64,000 bases of DNA from the NCBI RefSeq assembly GCF_036321535.1, contig NC_087437.1:57972001-58036000 (forward strand), written 5' to 3'. The stretch is from Camelus dromedarius. Its lineage: Eukaryota. The notes under the pieces are model-generated. The model saw only the letters and a list, made by a program, of their open reading frames with translations. It made no database searches and was not told the DNA's origin. Position numbers and translations under genes: made by a program. Shown here one piece after another: positions 37,819 through 49,690 of the stretch (within the stretch, counting starts at the first letter, position 1; the number at the start of each line of letters is the position of its first letter).

Positions 37819-39083
37819 TCAGAAAAATTTATCATCGATTCTGAAATGGGGCCGTGTGACGTCATCAGGATTAATAAAGACGGAGATGGACTTCCCCGGG
37901 TTCTCAGTCACTAGCTGCTGCAGTTTTTTGGCTAAGCGGTCATCGGGCTGGTTGGGGTCCCCTCCGTCGGACTGCGGGGAGGGGATGCTGGTGGTGCTCC
38001 CTCGCCTCTGGAGCTCCAGCGTCAGCCGGTTGGCCGCCTTGACGTGCTCGATGGCGGTGCGCAGGTGCTCCGCCGGGTCTGAGCGGACGGAGGAAAGCTT
38101 CCGTGCGTGGAGCATGACCGTCTCCTCCGACAGGTGCTCCAGCATGTTGCACTGAGGGATGAAATAATTGGGGCACATCTTGTTGACCAGACAGTGCTGC
38201 AGGTCATCAATGAGGCCCAGCAAAAAGTGTGCTGCATAGTCTTCTTGGGCCAAGTAGTTGGCAGGAAGTCTGTCGCAGGCCCAGAGCATCATGCTCCGCA
38301 GGTGATAGGGGCTGATAGCCTTGGGCCGGGACAGGAGTTTGATGATGATGGCTTTGCAGGCCTGGTAGGCCTGCATGAGGCTGCTAGAGATGCACTTCTT
38401 CAGCTGCACCTCGCTCCTGGCAAAGGACAGCCGCCACTCATTGTCCTTCTTTCCCTTGTAGGAGCAAGCAGGCACCAAGTAAAACCCACTGATGACCTCT
38501 TCCTCGGTGATCTTCCCATCCCAAAAGTGGTTCTCCATGAGCCAGCTCTGGGCCACTGCAGGCCAACCTTTGAAAGATACCACAGGGACAATATCGTACA
38601 ACATGCGACTGCTCCCCACACCCAGAATGATGGAGATGATGGTCCCATTCTTTTCTACCTTTTCCACCTTTGGCATCCCTCGCTGGGGTTTCTTCTGTAT
38701 CTCGGACAGGACAATGCTGATGGAGTCATAGAACCAGTCGGCCACTTTGGTCGGGGAGAAGAAGTAGTTGGTGGCACCATTGATATGGTCTACGATGGTG
38801 CAACAGTCTTTCCATTTACTGATCGTCCCCTCATCGAAGAGCCGAAGGCTCAGCCAAGAGTGGCACAAGGCTGAGTGGCGCATATCCAGTGTCACAGGCT
38901 GATTACGGTCATGCAGCTTCAGGGCTGGCACCAGAAGAGTGAAGTCCATATCGTAGTCGGTCCCTCGGGCGTAGACATTAAGCTCATCTAAGTCCAGGTC
39001 CACCACGCCTTCCCGGACTCCTCCAGAGAGCAACAGGTACTCATTGGCCACTGGAAGTTTTTGGTCCAGCTTTTGCACCATTC
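37819..39083 (-). CDS. MB21D2: MB21D2 (Mab-21 domain containing 2, C3orf59) terminal coding exon; cGAS/Mab-21-like nucleotidyltransferase fold. The N-terminal ~70 aa are on an exon outside the window.
   Basis: The 420-aa ORF MVQKLDQKLPVANEY...PHFRIDDKFF matches the human MB21D2 sequence as I recall it (residues 72-491). Mab-21/cGAS motifs YDIVP, WRLSF, SPYHLR and PNYFIP are present. The exon starts at acceptor ttctag|GA-ATG (phase 1, completing a Gly codon). TGA stop at 37819-37821. Confidence 0.97.
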
Positions 39084-39110
39084 CTAGAAACAGAGAGAGA
39101 AAACAGTTAG
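39084..39110 (-). other. MB21D2: 3' splice site of the MB21D2 terminal exon (branch point, polypyrimidine tract, AG)
   Basis: Minus strand reads CTAACtgttttctctctctgtttcTAG|GA. Branch motif CTAAC at 39110-39106, about 24 nt upstream of the exon; AG at 39085-39084. Confidence 0.93.
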
Positions 39111-39576
39111 AGGAGGCACAGACATAGCGCGGTTTTATGTATCAATGCAGAATGTGCTGAACTTCCAAGAGCCAGGAATCACTTTCGCTGCAAAACCAGA
39201 GCTTCAGCTGCTGCAGACACCCAGCTAACAGTACTCTGTTCATTCTCCTCAGTGCTAGAACCCATCCTTTTCCAACAGGGAGAATTAGGACAGATTCTTC
39301 TCTCACAGTGGAAGCAGCATCATTTCCAATCATAACCCAAGGCTCCTCTTCCCCGAGTCATCACCTCGGTTACTGGCATTGGCATTAGTCACCCAGTAAA
39401 AACCTCAGTAAAACCTTACTTGCCTTTCTATTGCCACATCCTATCTACGAACCTGTGCAACACGGCTCGCTCCTTTCCTGTTCTCCCTCTCTGCTGCCAT
39501 CATAAAAAGCCTGGCTCTTCTCTTGCCAAAGCAGCCTCCCTCCCCCAGGCTCTCCCTGCTGAAAATCTTCTTCTAT

Positions 39577-40460
39577 ACTGGTGACTCTCAATGTGGGCTG
39601 TGGACACTGAAACACTTTCAGGGGACAGTGAGGTCATAGCTCTTTTTATAATAATACTAATATATTATTTGACTTTTTTACTTTGTTGACCCTTGTGCTG
39701 ACACTTAATGGTGCAAAAGTGAAGGAGGGCAAAACTGCTGGTGCCTTAGCATTAGTCAAGACAGTGGCACAAAACTGTACTAGCAGTCATTGGATTCTTT
39801 TTTTTTTAATTTTTTTTTTTGGGGGGAGGTATTTAGGCTTTATTTATTTATATATTTAATGGAGGTACTGGGGATTGAACCCAGGACTGCGTGCATGCTA
39901 AGCACGTGCTCTACCACTGACCTATACCCTCCTCCCTCGTTGGATTCTTTATTACTGACATGCACTTGCATTAAGAATAATAATCCAGTTTCACCTGCCA
40001 TCCTTAATGGAAAAGAAAACTGGATTAATTTGATTGACCCTCAACTTCCAAACCACCTTTCTAACATTCTATGTGACGAGATGAGAAGTAACCATCAAGC
40101 ATTTCTGCCTCATACTGAAATACGAACGCTGTCTTCAAGAAAAGCATCATGTTTAAGTTGTGTCCTAAATTAGCTGCTTCCTTCGTGCAACATCATTTCT
40201 AACTTAAAGAACACTGATAAACTGTGGGCATTCAGACTTGGGTATTGGATAGACATTTTCTTAAGAAATGAACCAAATAAGCCTGTCTTCACGAAAACAA
40301 CTAAGATCTTTACTGCTAATGAAAAAAATTGGAGCTTTCAAGAAAAAAAATGTAGAAAACTCATCTCCCGCACCACGAGCTTAACATCTTCCCCAACTGT
40401 ATACTTTTCTGATGAGACGGATGGTGATATAACCGATGTGATTTTTGATGATATTGTGAA
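39577..40460 (+). mobile_element. Charlie1a-like hAT DNA transposon interrupted by a SINE
   Basis: ctttcagggg...ataataatactaa...atggtgcaaaag...aaaactgctggtgccttagca...cagtggcacaaaactgtactag matches the Charlie1 5' region. Confidence 0.78.
39801..39936 (-). mobile_element. tRNA-derived SINE, camelid vic-1-like
   Basis: ggaggtactggggattgaacccaggac...ctctaccactgacctataccctcc; target-site duplication tc(a/g)ttggattcttt at 39787-39800 / 39937-39950. Confidence 0.9.
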
Positions 40461-41167
40461 CTCTTTGAGAATGAGAATCATGTCTCAAATATGTATTAAG
40501 CAGGCATAGGGGTCTGTACCCAGTAGTCACACAACTGAAGCTAAGACTGAATGTCAAAGGAAGAAATTGATGAAATCAATCAGCTTACCTAAGGTTTAGA
40601 ATGTATCTGAGATTCCCTGTGGTGTAATAAAGGATTCTTTTAAATTAAAAAAAAATAGGCTTAACTAGGAAGTACTTTAATAAAGATGGGACGTTAATGA
40701 CTGTTCCACGAACAACATGAAAATTTACCTTCTCTGATGCCTGTCTTTTTATTATATATTTACCTCTGCTTCATTATCTGACAAACTACCAGCATCACCC
40801 TGTGGCTTATGGAACTTTTCTTGAAAGATCAAAAGGAACTACCACAAACTATGATTCTACTGTTCACTGCAGTTACTTTCAATCAATATAGTTTTCTCTT
40901 CATAAGGCAATCCCAATGCAAATAAATAAACCACGTATGTGTTTATGCTACCACTGTATCTCAGAGTTGAACACTCATTTATGAAAATGTGCTCTTTTCC
41001 ATTCTTTAAAATCCTGTTTTCCAAACAACATTAATAGCAAGCTATCGTTTTCTTTTTAAAGCAATCAGTTATCCAACATTAAAGAGTCAATGATTCATCA
41101 CAAAGAGAATCCAGTGTACCCAATTAAAAAAATTTTTTTTAAATCTTTTGCTATTTCTCACACTCCC

Positions 41168-41558
41168 TGTGTTGTGATGGGGCACCCAGATCCCTCTTCA
41201 GTAAGGGACTGCTTGTCTCAGTTGCTAGGAGTGCTGTTAGTACTCCCCATAAAGACTGTCTTGCTGCCAAGGTCATGTCCCGTGCCTCGGGTTAGGGTGG
41301 GAGGTACACATCCCACAACTGATCAGGAAGTGTCTAAGTTCAGGATACTCTGAAGAGTCATTTGAACCCAGAGTTCCCAGTGGGGTCCGCGGAGGTTGAC
41401 ACTGGACCTGCAAGGAAACCTGACTTCTCCATCCGCTTGATCCTGATCCACCCCCCACCCCCCCCCGCCTTCCACAGGTGCGGATCCCAGGGGAGCTCCT
41501 TAATAAACACACTAACTCCACTTCAAGGGCTGCTTCTTGAGGAATCTAATCTAAGATA
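41168..41558 (+). mobile_element. ERVL solo LTR (LTR16-like)
   Basis: tgtgttg...cacccagatccctcttcag...ccttccacaggtgcggatccc...ccttaataaac...ctaatctaagata. Confidence 0.7.
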
Positions 41559-42748
41559 CTACCCAAGCAGCCTTCACTGCAAATCAGCACAGACCATTTA
41601 TTTTCCTTTTAGAAGTGGTTTTAAAAGCCAAACTTAGCAACCAGAGTTGAAAAATTATCATCAACACCAAGACAAAGATTCAGTTCCCAGTTGTCATCAT
41701 GTTTCAGCATTAACCTCATCTTTACAAAGTAACAGCTACTCCCATCTCAAGTATTAGCTGCAGCTCTAAAAGGATGAGATTGAACTCTTAGAATCCAGAG
41801 TAGGTTGTGAAAATCAACTATTTTACTATTTTAGAAACTCACATGTAGGTACAGATAGTTTCAAAAAGAAACATTTGATAATGAAATAATTTACTCATTA
41901 TTTCATATACTATTTCATTCCAGCATTTGGAGTGCCACAGATATACATGAGGAAACCGTGAAAAGCTAGGTTGGAATTAGTCAATAAGATCTGAATCAAT
42001 TAGCAGTAGTATTGTTATATGTACACTACATCACTGTCTGCTCTTAGGCATAAATAGTTCAAAACTCTATACATTGTTTTGTCCTAAACAAGCTCCAACT
42101 GGCTCTGAGCACACTAGCCAGGACCTGTCTATACAACTAGAATAACACAGGCAGTAATGAGCTGCGGATAATCTGTTTACAAACATGCCACTGAACTTTG
42201 CCTTGGATTCCCACAATTTTGTTTGGAGAGTTATGGGTGAGAAAAAAGCTAAAATTCCCTTCTGCTCTCTGCTGGATTAAAGAAGAAGTTTCAGCGCGTT
42301 TTCGCTTATTAGTATACACACTAGAATAGTCCTCTTTCCTCCCAATTGCGGCTTATGCACCTAAAAAGTTGGCCTTTCTTTCAAAAGAGCCATACCAAGT
42401 ATTTGGCTAAATTCTAATGTTCAGGAGTTAGGGTCATGTTGGACAATTTTTATTCCTTTTTTAAAAAGGGCAGAGCAGTATAGAGAATGTGGCTGAGGCT
42501 CATTTGCTAAGCTCCTAGGAGTTAAGAAACAAAGTCCCCGGGGCCACATTGTTCTGGAAGCTGATCCCCTGAGACCTCCACAGTTACATTCAGCCTGCCT
42601 AAGCCCATTAGCCTGCAGTTTTACAAGTATTTGGTAGCACAAATTGGAGCCTTCCCCAGCATGATACAAACTCAAATGCCCTCCTTGAAAACTTTCCTGG
42701 GCTAAGTTTAAGTGAAAATCAGCTGACATCAGCTATCATCACAGATGG

Positions 42749-42761
42749 GTTGCCAGGCAAC
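42749..42761. promoter_or_regulatory. Candidate RFX X-box
   Basis: Perfect palindrome GTTGCC-A-GGCAAC in unique intronic sequence. Confidence 0.5.
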
Positions 42762-45700
42762 TAAAACACAGCCAGGGGCTGAGAAGGAAAAAAAAAATTC
42801 AACTGTACACTTGGGCTGCAGGCATCGGTTCCAACAAGTGCCATCTCTGAACCGATCCAAGGATTTTTGTATAATTACAGGATATTTTTGTGATAACAAG
42901 TGTCTCTGGCTGTTAAGCTATTAGCAAATTATCCAAAACCATGAGTGGGAACAAAAGAAAGAATGAACACATACCACCGAGCCTGTTAGCGGCAGAGAAA
43001 AGGAGGGATGGAGAAATATAGCTCATTCCCTTGGGTGGGTCTCATCTTTTCAGGGAAGCATTGGCATATGATTGCTCTTAAAAACACAAAGTAAAACTGC
43101 CTCCTGGCTGCCTCTCTTGAAACTGATTCTTTGATTTCAGTTTATTGCATAGTTTCTACTTAAGACCTTAATATTACTATTTTAGATCGCTACTGGGGCC
43201 CCAGTTTAAGGATTGGCTTCCAGGTCATCCATCCACAATCAGTTCTTTGCTGATTGTCTTTAGAATGTCAAGTAACTCTGTCCCTGACTTCCTTATATCC
43301 TAGTGAATAAAACTTTATCACATTCTGCTGAACTCAAATTACTAACCTCCATCACTCAAACATATAAGGCCCCACGGGTAACACCAGAGCCCAAGAACTA
43401 AGTATCATTTGTCTTTTCTCACCTTCACAGCTTTATTCGAGTACATATATGAGTATTCAAGTAGGATGTAATAAATACTAAGCAGGTAAGTGAAATTAGC
43501 ACTTGGATAGATTCCTTAAAAAAAAAAAAAAGAACGCTTAACACTGTTGAAGGAATAAAGATTATCAAAGAGGCAGAACTTTTATGTCTTGTAATTAAAG
43601 CTGCAGAATAAACTGTATCTCTCTCTACGTTTTTGACTGTGTATATAAAAAAGATTTCTATGTAGATAAAATTGACCTGAATATCTCAATAATATTCATT
43701 GTTTTGTAAAAGAGTGTTCTCTTTTTCACTTCAACTCATGTGGCACGCCAATAACACTGCCTCATCATGGCAGTGATTCTTAATGGTAGGACAGGTACCA
43801 AATGGGATGATTTTGACAAAGCCCTTCTGTGATTCTTATACATTCCCTAGGGTAGCAGTCTCTTTGGTTGTTAATAAACAATATAAAACCTTCCTATAAA
43901 AATATTGATTTATGCTTCAACTATTTTTGTTAAGCTTACTCAATATTCTGAGCAACATTCTGAGAAGTAGGTGCAACCACCTTCCTCTAACAAAGTCACC
44001 AATCTTTGGGATTTATAATGACTTCCATTTGGGGAGAGTTTTCACATTTTCTTCATTCACAGCCAAAAGTCATCCAGCCAAGTCCCTGACTTGACAGGTG
44101 AAAAACTGAAGTTCAGAATGGAGGACTAACTCATTCAAGGTCACACAGCCCTAGTGACAGACGAACAACATTGTCTTATTCCCACATTTGTTGTGAAGGT
44201 CAGGATGGCACGTGCATACTGTGATCTGTCTGACAACGACCTGACCTGACACGAATGCAGGATGGCTGGGAAGGGAAGTAGCAGAGGTCTCAAGGCCCAG
44301 TGCCAGCTTTGCACTTTTGTTGGTCAAAGCTTTAGTGTGACCTTGGACAGGCAAGCAGAACATGCCTGATCATCCACATTTTTCGGAAGGAGGAATGCAC
44401 CTTCTCACAAGAAGCTATTTATATTCTCAAATAAACACTCTAAGACACAGAAAATACAGAAGTAAGGCACCAGAGGAGCTTCCCAGCTTTTCAATAATCT
44501 GCTGAGTGATCACTAATATTATCACATAATATGTTTTATAAGTCAGAGTCTGTTTTATTTGGCATAACTTCTGAGACAGCTGCATGTAAATTTGATTTAA
44601 ACCATTTAGAGAACTGATCAATCCGTGTTATGGGAATGACCTATGGACCAAATATATATAGTAATAGGAATGATTCAAAAGATGCCTCCTCCAAGAAGTC
44701 TTCCTTGATTGTTCCTCATTTTGACACTAATAATGTATGCAAGGACATTGAAGTCAGAGGAAGACAGGCTTAGTTAGGTTTGACTCTTGGGTTTGTCATT
44801 TCCTACTTGTCAGCCTGACAAGTTAATTTAACCTAAGCGTCCAATTCCTCATCTATTTAAAAGGAACAAATAAAACCATAAAACTGCACTAAGAGGGTTG
44901 ATATGAAATGTCTAAGCACATAGTAGAGGCTTAGCTCATTTTCCCCATATATTCTTCCCTTTCTCCACCATCTATAAAACTGGATTAGCCAAACAACACC
45001 TATTCCCCAGAGCTGATACTCTATTTAACGTCTCTAAGCACGTGTAAGGCATACAAAACGTGTGATATGAAGGGAAATGAAGGGAGCATCCTCTCCCGCA
45101 GCCGCACCCAGACTGAAGCGAGCCCAGGGACGCCTCCTCTGGTGGCTGCCGCCGTGCAGCCTGGCAAGCAGACGGCGGGCTGGACCCCAGCCCTTTCTTG
45201 TGCTCTCAGAACAAATGCCCTGTAAAACCAACAACCCACACACCCCTGTGAGGGGTCCTGATCTGAATTCTTACCTTTGCACTTCCTATACCTGTAACTG
45301 TAGTGGGCTGTATTTATCATCCCGCTTTAATGAGATAACAACATAAAGCACTTGGCACAATAACTGGCAAAGAGGGTCTGTAAATGAAAGATGCTGTCAC
45401 AGTCAATAGCGTCTATGAGCTCCTGTGGCCAAGGTTTCCTTACGGCTTGGCTAATACAGACATTGGGATCAGAAGGCGGCTGCTTACTGAATGCATCGTT
45501 TGGTTCAGTCAACTTGAATACCTCATCAACCATAACCAAGGGATTTTGAAGGTAATACGGAATAGTGTCAGCATATCTCTATAAAATCCTTTACTAATAA
45601 TCCAAAAGTCAGGTTGCGGGGGGGAAAAGCCTCTCGAATCTTTCATTATTTGCTTTCTTAAAAATTAAAACTAAAGTTCTAAAAATTGGTGAGCTTTGCC

Positions 45701-46692
45701 AAAGTTTACTCAGCTATTTTGAACAGAATGAACATGAGTTACACCTGGATTCAAGTCTGATTCATCCAGGACCATCATAATTAAGCACTCTGGGCTTCAG
45801 TTTCCTTAAATGGAATTGGGGAATAACAGCTAAAAGTTTGCTGGGTGGCTATGGGGATAAAATAAGAAAATACACACCAGGTTACTTAGCTTGTGGTCTG
45901 GTACTTACTTGGCAGTCAATAAACAGGGTTTTGGGCAGGTGCGTGTACCCACATTAGCAATATACTTTTCCCATCTAATAAGTTTTGCCCTTTTCTACTT
46001 TTAGGTCTTAGGCTAGTTTAAAAACTCGTGGTTTCTGCCAATGAGGGCTTATTGGCAAGACTCAAAGGAGTGTTTCATTAGCCCCACCTAGCTGCCTCTC
46101 ACAGCTACGACAGGAAATGAAAGCTAGTTGTTAATTTACAAAAGGAGTGATCATTTTAGATGGCTCATTCTTGAAGGACAAAAACAGCAAGTGAAAAGCA
46201 AGAGTGATGCCAATATGGTATCAAATGGCTACATAAAAATACAGAACTATATCAGTGATGACCAGATTACCTCTCCTGATCTTCAGAAGCAATAACCTTC
46301 TAATGGACATGTTCAGAATTAAGTCAAATGGACCTTCATTCAGCTTTGCCTGTGACCCAGCTGAGTCTGGTTTCCATTTCTTTCTCATCTGGGGATGTAT
46401 ATGAAAACTACTTACTTACCCTGAAGCTAGAAAGCTGGCTCTGATAGGGGGTTTAATAGGGGGTGGGGTCTAAATTTTGGAAGAGGAATAATGATGGAAG
46501 CCAAGTCTGAGAAATTGCAAGGATGGAGGTGGGATTCAAAACTCAGGTTTGATTTATTCATACACATGCCACATAAGCATCAGCGCCTCCTCTGAGCCAG
46601 AAGTACATGAGATACTGAAGACCTAATGGTGGAGAGAAACACCCAGTTCCCACTGCATAATGCTTGTCATGGAGTGAGAAAGCCAGACACAC

Positions 46693-47093
46693 TGTATCAA
46701 TCAGCATAGATGCAGTTATGCTGAGTAACAAACCTAAAACCTTAGTGACTTAAAAACAACAAAGTCTTATTGTTCATTCAGGCTACACAACCATCAGGGG
46801 TTGTTGGCTGGGGCTTGTCTTCCTTCATCCAGAACTCAGGGGGAGGGAACGACCCTCATCTAGAACTTTATGCTCCCTCTACTGGAGGAAAAGATCCTTG
46901 AGGATCTCTTTTCAGCAGCTAAATGCTCTGATCTGGGAATGACAAATACCATTTTCATTCACACACCCCTGGCCAAAATGAGTCACACAGCTCCCCCTCC
47001 CCGCCAACCCCAGGGAAGAAGGCACGGTTCTGCCTCGTGCTGGGAAGGCGGAGAGCCAGGAATATCTGATACGCGGCACAAACAACTCCCACA
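46693..47093 (-). mobile_element. MaLR LTR (MLT1J/H-like)
   Basis: tgtatcaatcag...gttatgctgagtaacaaac...ttagtgacttaaaaacaacaaag...ctggccaaaatgagtcaca. Confidence 0.65.
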
Positions 47094-48409
47094 CTAATCA
47101 AATGATCACACGCTAATGAACATGTAATTACAAGCTGAGAGAGTAACACTGAAGGAAGCGAACAGAGGTCCTAGCCAAAACAGAAGAGGGCAGAAGTGCA
47201 AACTGTTTAGCCTGGAGGATGGCAAATTCACGAAGGCCATGGGATCCGCTGTCAAATATTTGATGAGCTGTCCCGCTAAAGACGAAATGGACTTTACCTA
47301 CATGATCTCAATCAGTAGAAGGTGTGTAGAGAGAAAAAAGAATAGTCTAATCTGTAAATGAAAGTCCCTCCTGTCTGGCAGAGTTCTCTAACAGCACTGC
47401 CTGTGGAGGGGGTGCATTTCTTGTCCTCAGAGGTGATCCACCAGCCTCTTCAGCAGGGATGAAGACTGAAAATACAAACATGTGATGGAGTCTGAGCATT
47501 GATGTCTGGGGCTGCCCATCACCACAGCCTACCACCGACCCCAGACAGCCATGACACAGACTCCTGCCGCCACCTGTGACTGTCCAGCGTGGGCCCCGTC
47601 ACAGGCGCAGTAAGATTCCAAGGGAGCATTTCGCCCCAGTGCGGGCTACCGCTCTTCTCTCTCATCTGGTTTACTCTGTGTCACGTCTCATCTGCAGCCC
47701 AGGTGCAGTCACATCCTCCAATCAATTCTGCCATTTTTAAAAGGAAAGATCACAGTACTAGCAATAAAACATAGAAACAAAAGAAGGACTGACTTTACAG
47801 AGCACATTTTCGAGGTACATACATTTCAGGTCAAGTGCTCTCTGAGAAGGACACAGCTTTCTGACTCTACTGTGCATTAAGGCAGAGGCTGAACGTCTCA
47901 CCCATGCCATTTCATTCTATACTATTGGCACTTTCAAGGAGGTAGTCTTGTCCCCATTTCACAGGTGAGGAAATCAAGATACTTAACAGTCAAGTAATTG
48001 TTCATGGCCCTTGAAAATTCAAGCTCATTCCATGTTCTTCTCACTAGCCCACGATGCTTTCCAGCATTAAAAGGGTGCTCCGAGAGAATAAATACTTTAA
48101 CACCTTTGGGCATTTAAAATTGCCATGTGAAACACTATCAGAAATAGGGGAAGCTTACTTCTCTATCTAAAAATAAAACAAATTCTGTCTTGGAGTAGGA
48201 TGATTTTTAAAGCAGATTAAAAGCTTATTTTAGCCATCCCTGGGGAATGAAGTATTATGAGCAAAATGGGTCAAGGATTATAAGAAAGACTATAAATGAC
48301 TCTAAAAAAAAAGTGAATAGTGCTGTGACACACAGCTATGTGTGCATGCACATGTGTGTGAAGCGGACTTAACCCCTAGACAATTCTAAAAGAGCATTCC
48401 ACAGGTGGT

Positions 48410-48484
48410 TTTTTCTAAATTGAAGTATATTTGATCTAAAATGCTGTGTTAGTTTCTGGTATACAACATAGTGATTTAGCTATA

Positions 48485-48521
<37 letters not shown>

Positions 48522-48808
48522 TCTTTTTCAATATAGGTAATTATAAGATATTGAATATAGTTCCCTGTGCTATAAAGTAGAACCCTGTTGTTTATCTATT
48601 TTATAGAGAGTAGTTTGTATCTGCTAATCCCAAACTCCTAATTTATTTGTCCCCCTTTCCTCTTTGGTAACCATGTTTGTTTTCCATGTCTGTGAGTCTG
48701 TTTCTGTTTTGTAAATAAGTTCATTTATAACTTGTTTTAGATTCTATGTATCAGTGATATCATACAATATTTGTCTTTCTCTGTCTGACTTACTTCACTT
48801 AGTATGAT
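48410..48808 (-). mobile_element. 5'-truncated artiodactyl-type L1 3' end with internal (TA)n
   Basis: aattgaagtata...gttagtttctggtatacaacatagtgatt...gatattgaatatagttccctgtgctata...gacttacttcacttagtatga; degenerate duplication cacaggtggttt (48400) / cacaagtgtttt (48809). Confidence 0.88.
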
Positions 48809-49444
48809 CACAAGTGTTTTAATTATAGCAGCATCCTTGGAATTCTTTCAAGCCACCAAGACAAACTCTGAAAATGTCCCTATATATTCAATGCATATGC
48901 ATAGTTAAATTTGCTTATTTTAATCCAACAGCAAAGCCTGAATTTTAAAGTCATATCCCCTAAGTTTCTACTACTCGACTGGGGAGGCAGACAGAAGGTG
49001 GCCAAGAACATCATTACTAAAGGAAATACTAACCACAAAGCCAGAGGCTCTTACTGAGTTCTGAAGCAAGAAAGTCTTTTTCCTTTGTGGACAGAGCAGA
49101 ATCTGTCAGAGCTTCTTTTTGCCTCTGTGCAGAACTCAACCCTGCACACTGAGCCACGGGGAAAGAAACATGAAGAATTCTGTGCCTTCTCTAAAACAAG
49201 ACAAAACAAAATAAAACAAAACCAACAAAAAAACCCAACTGTGTCTGCAATAAGAGACATTCCCCCTTGTGACCCAGCAGCCTGAGAAAATGTCACGGTG
49301 ATTAGAAAGGGGCCCTATTAGCTGGGGTCTCCTCTACACTCAGAGCTGCTACATTAGCTCAAAGGTAATTGCAATTTACATAAAGAAGTCCCATTGAAAG
49401 GATTTCAAATCTGTCATTGGCTAGCAAAAATCCTGTCTTAAAAC

Positions 49445-49690
49445 TCGTTTACTTTGGAAATTTTCAAACATACAGAATTGCAGAGATCACAGTATGATGA
49501 ATCGTCATGTGCCCATCACTCGGCTTCATCAGTTAGGCTTGCCATTCTCGTTTCACTTATCCCCTCATTTTCCGGTTGTAATACTTTAAAGAAAATCACT
49601 TCTAGATATTTCTCTGACAAAGCCCTTTTTAAACTGTAACCACCATTCTTGTATCTAAAGAAGATTAAAAATAATTACTTACTATTACTA
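49445..49690 (-). mobile_element. Old L1 3' remnant
   Basis: tggaaattttcaaacatacagaa...cccatcactcggcttcatcagtta...ttgccattctcgtttcact. Confidence 0.6.

Noticed and set aside
37816..37821. Stop-codon readthrough of MB21D2
   Set aside because: The context is TGA-GCA, not the TGA-CTAG readthrough motif.
38107..38874. 255-aa plus-strand ORF and other ORFs overlapping MB21D2
   Set aside because: Antisense or alternate-frame shadows of a GC3-rich coding exon; no recognisable domain or splice support.
45125..45150. CTCF-like ccaccagaggaggcg on the minus strand
   Set aside because: Mismatches fall in the key GGC positions of the core.
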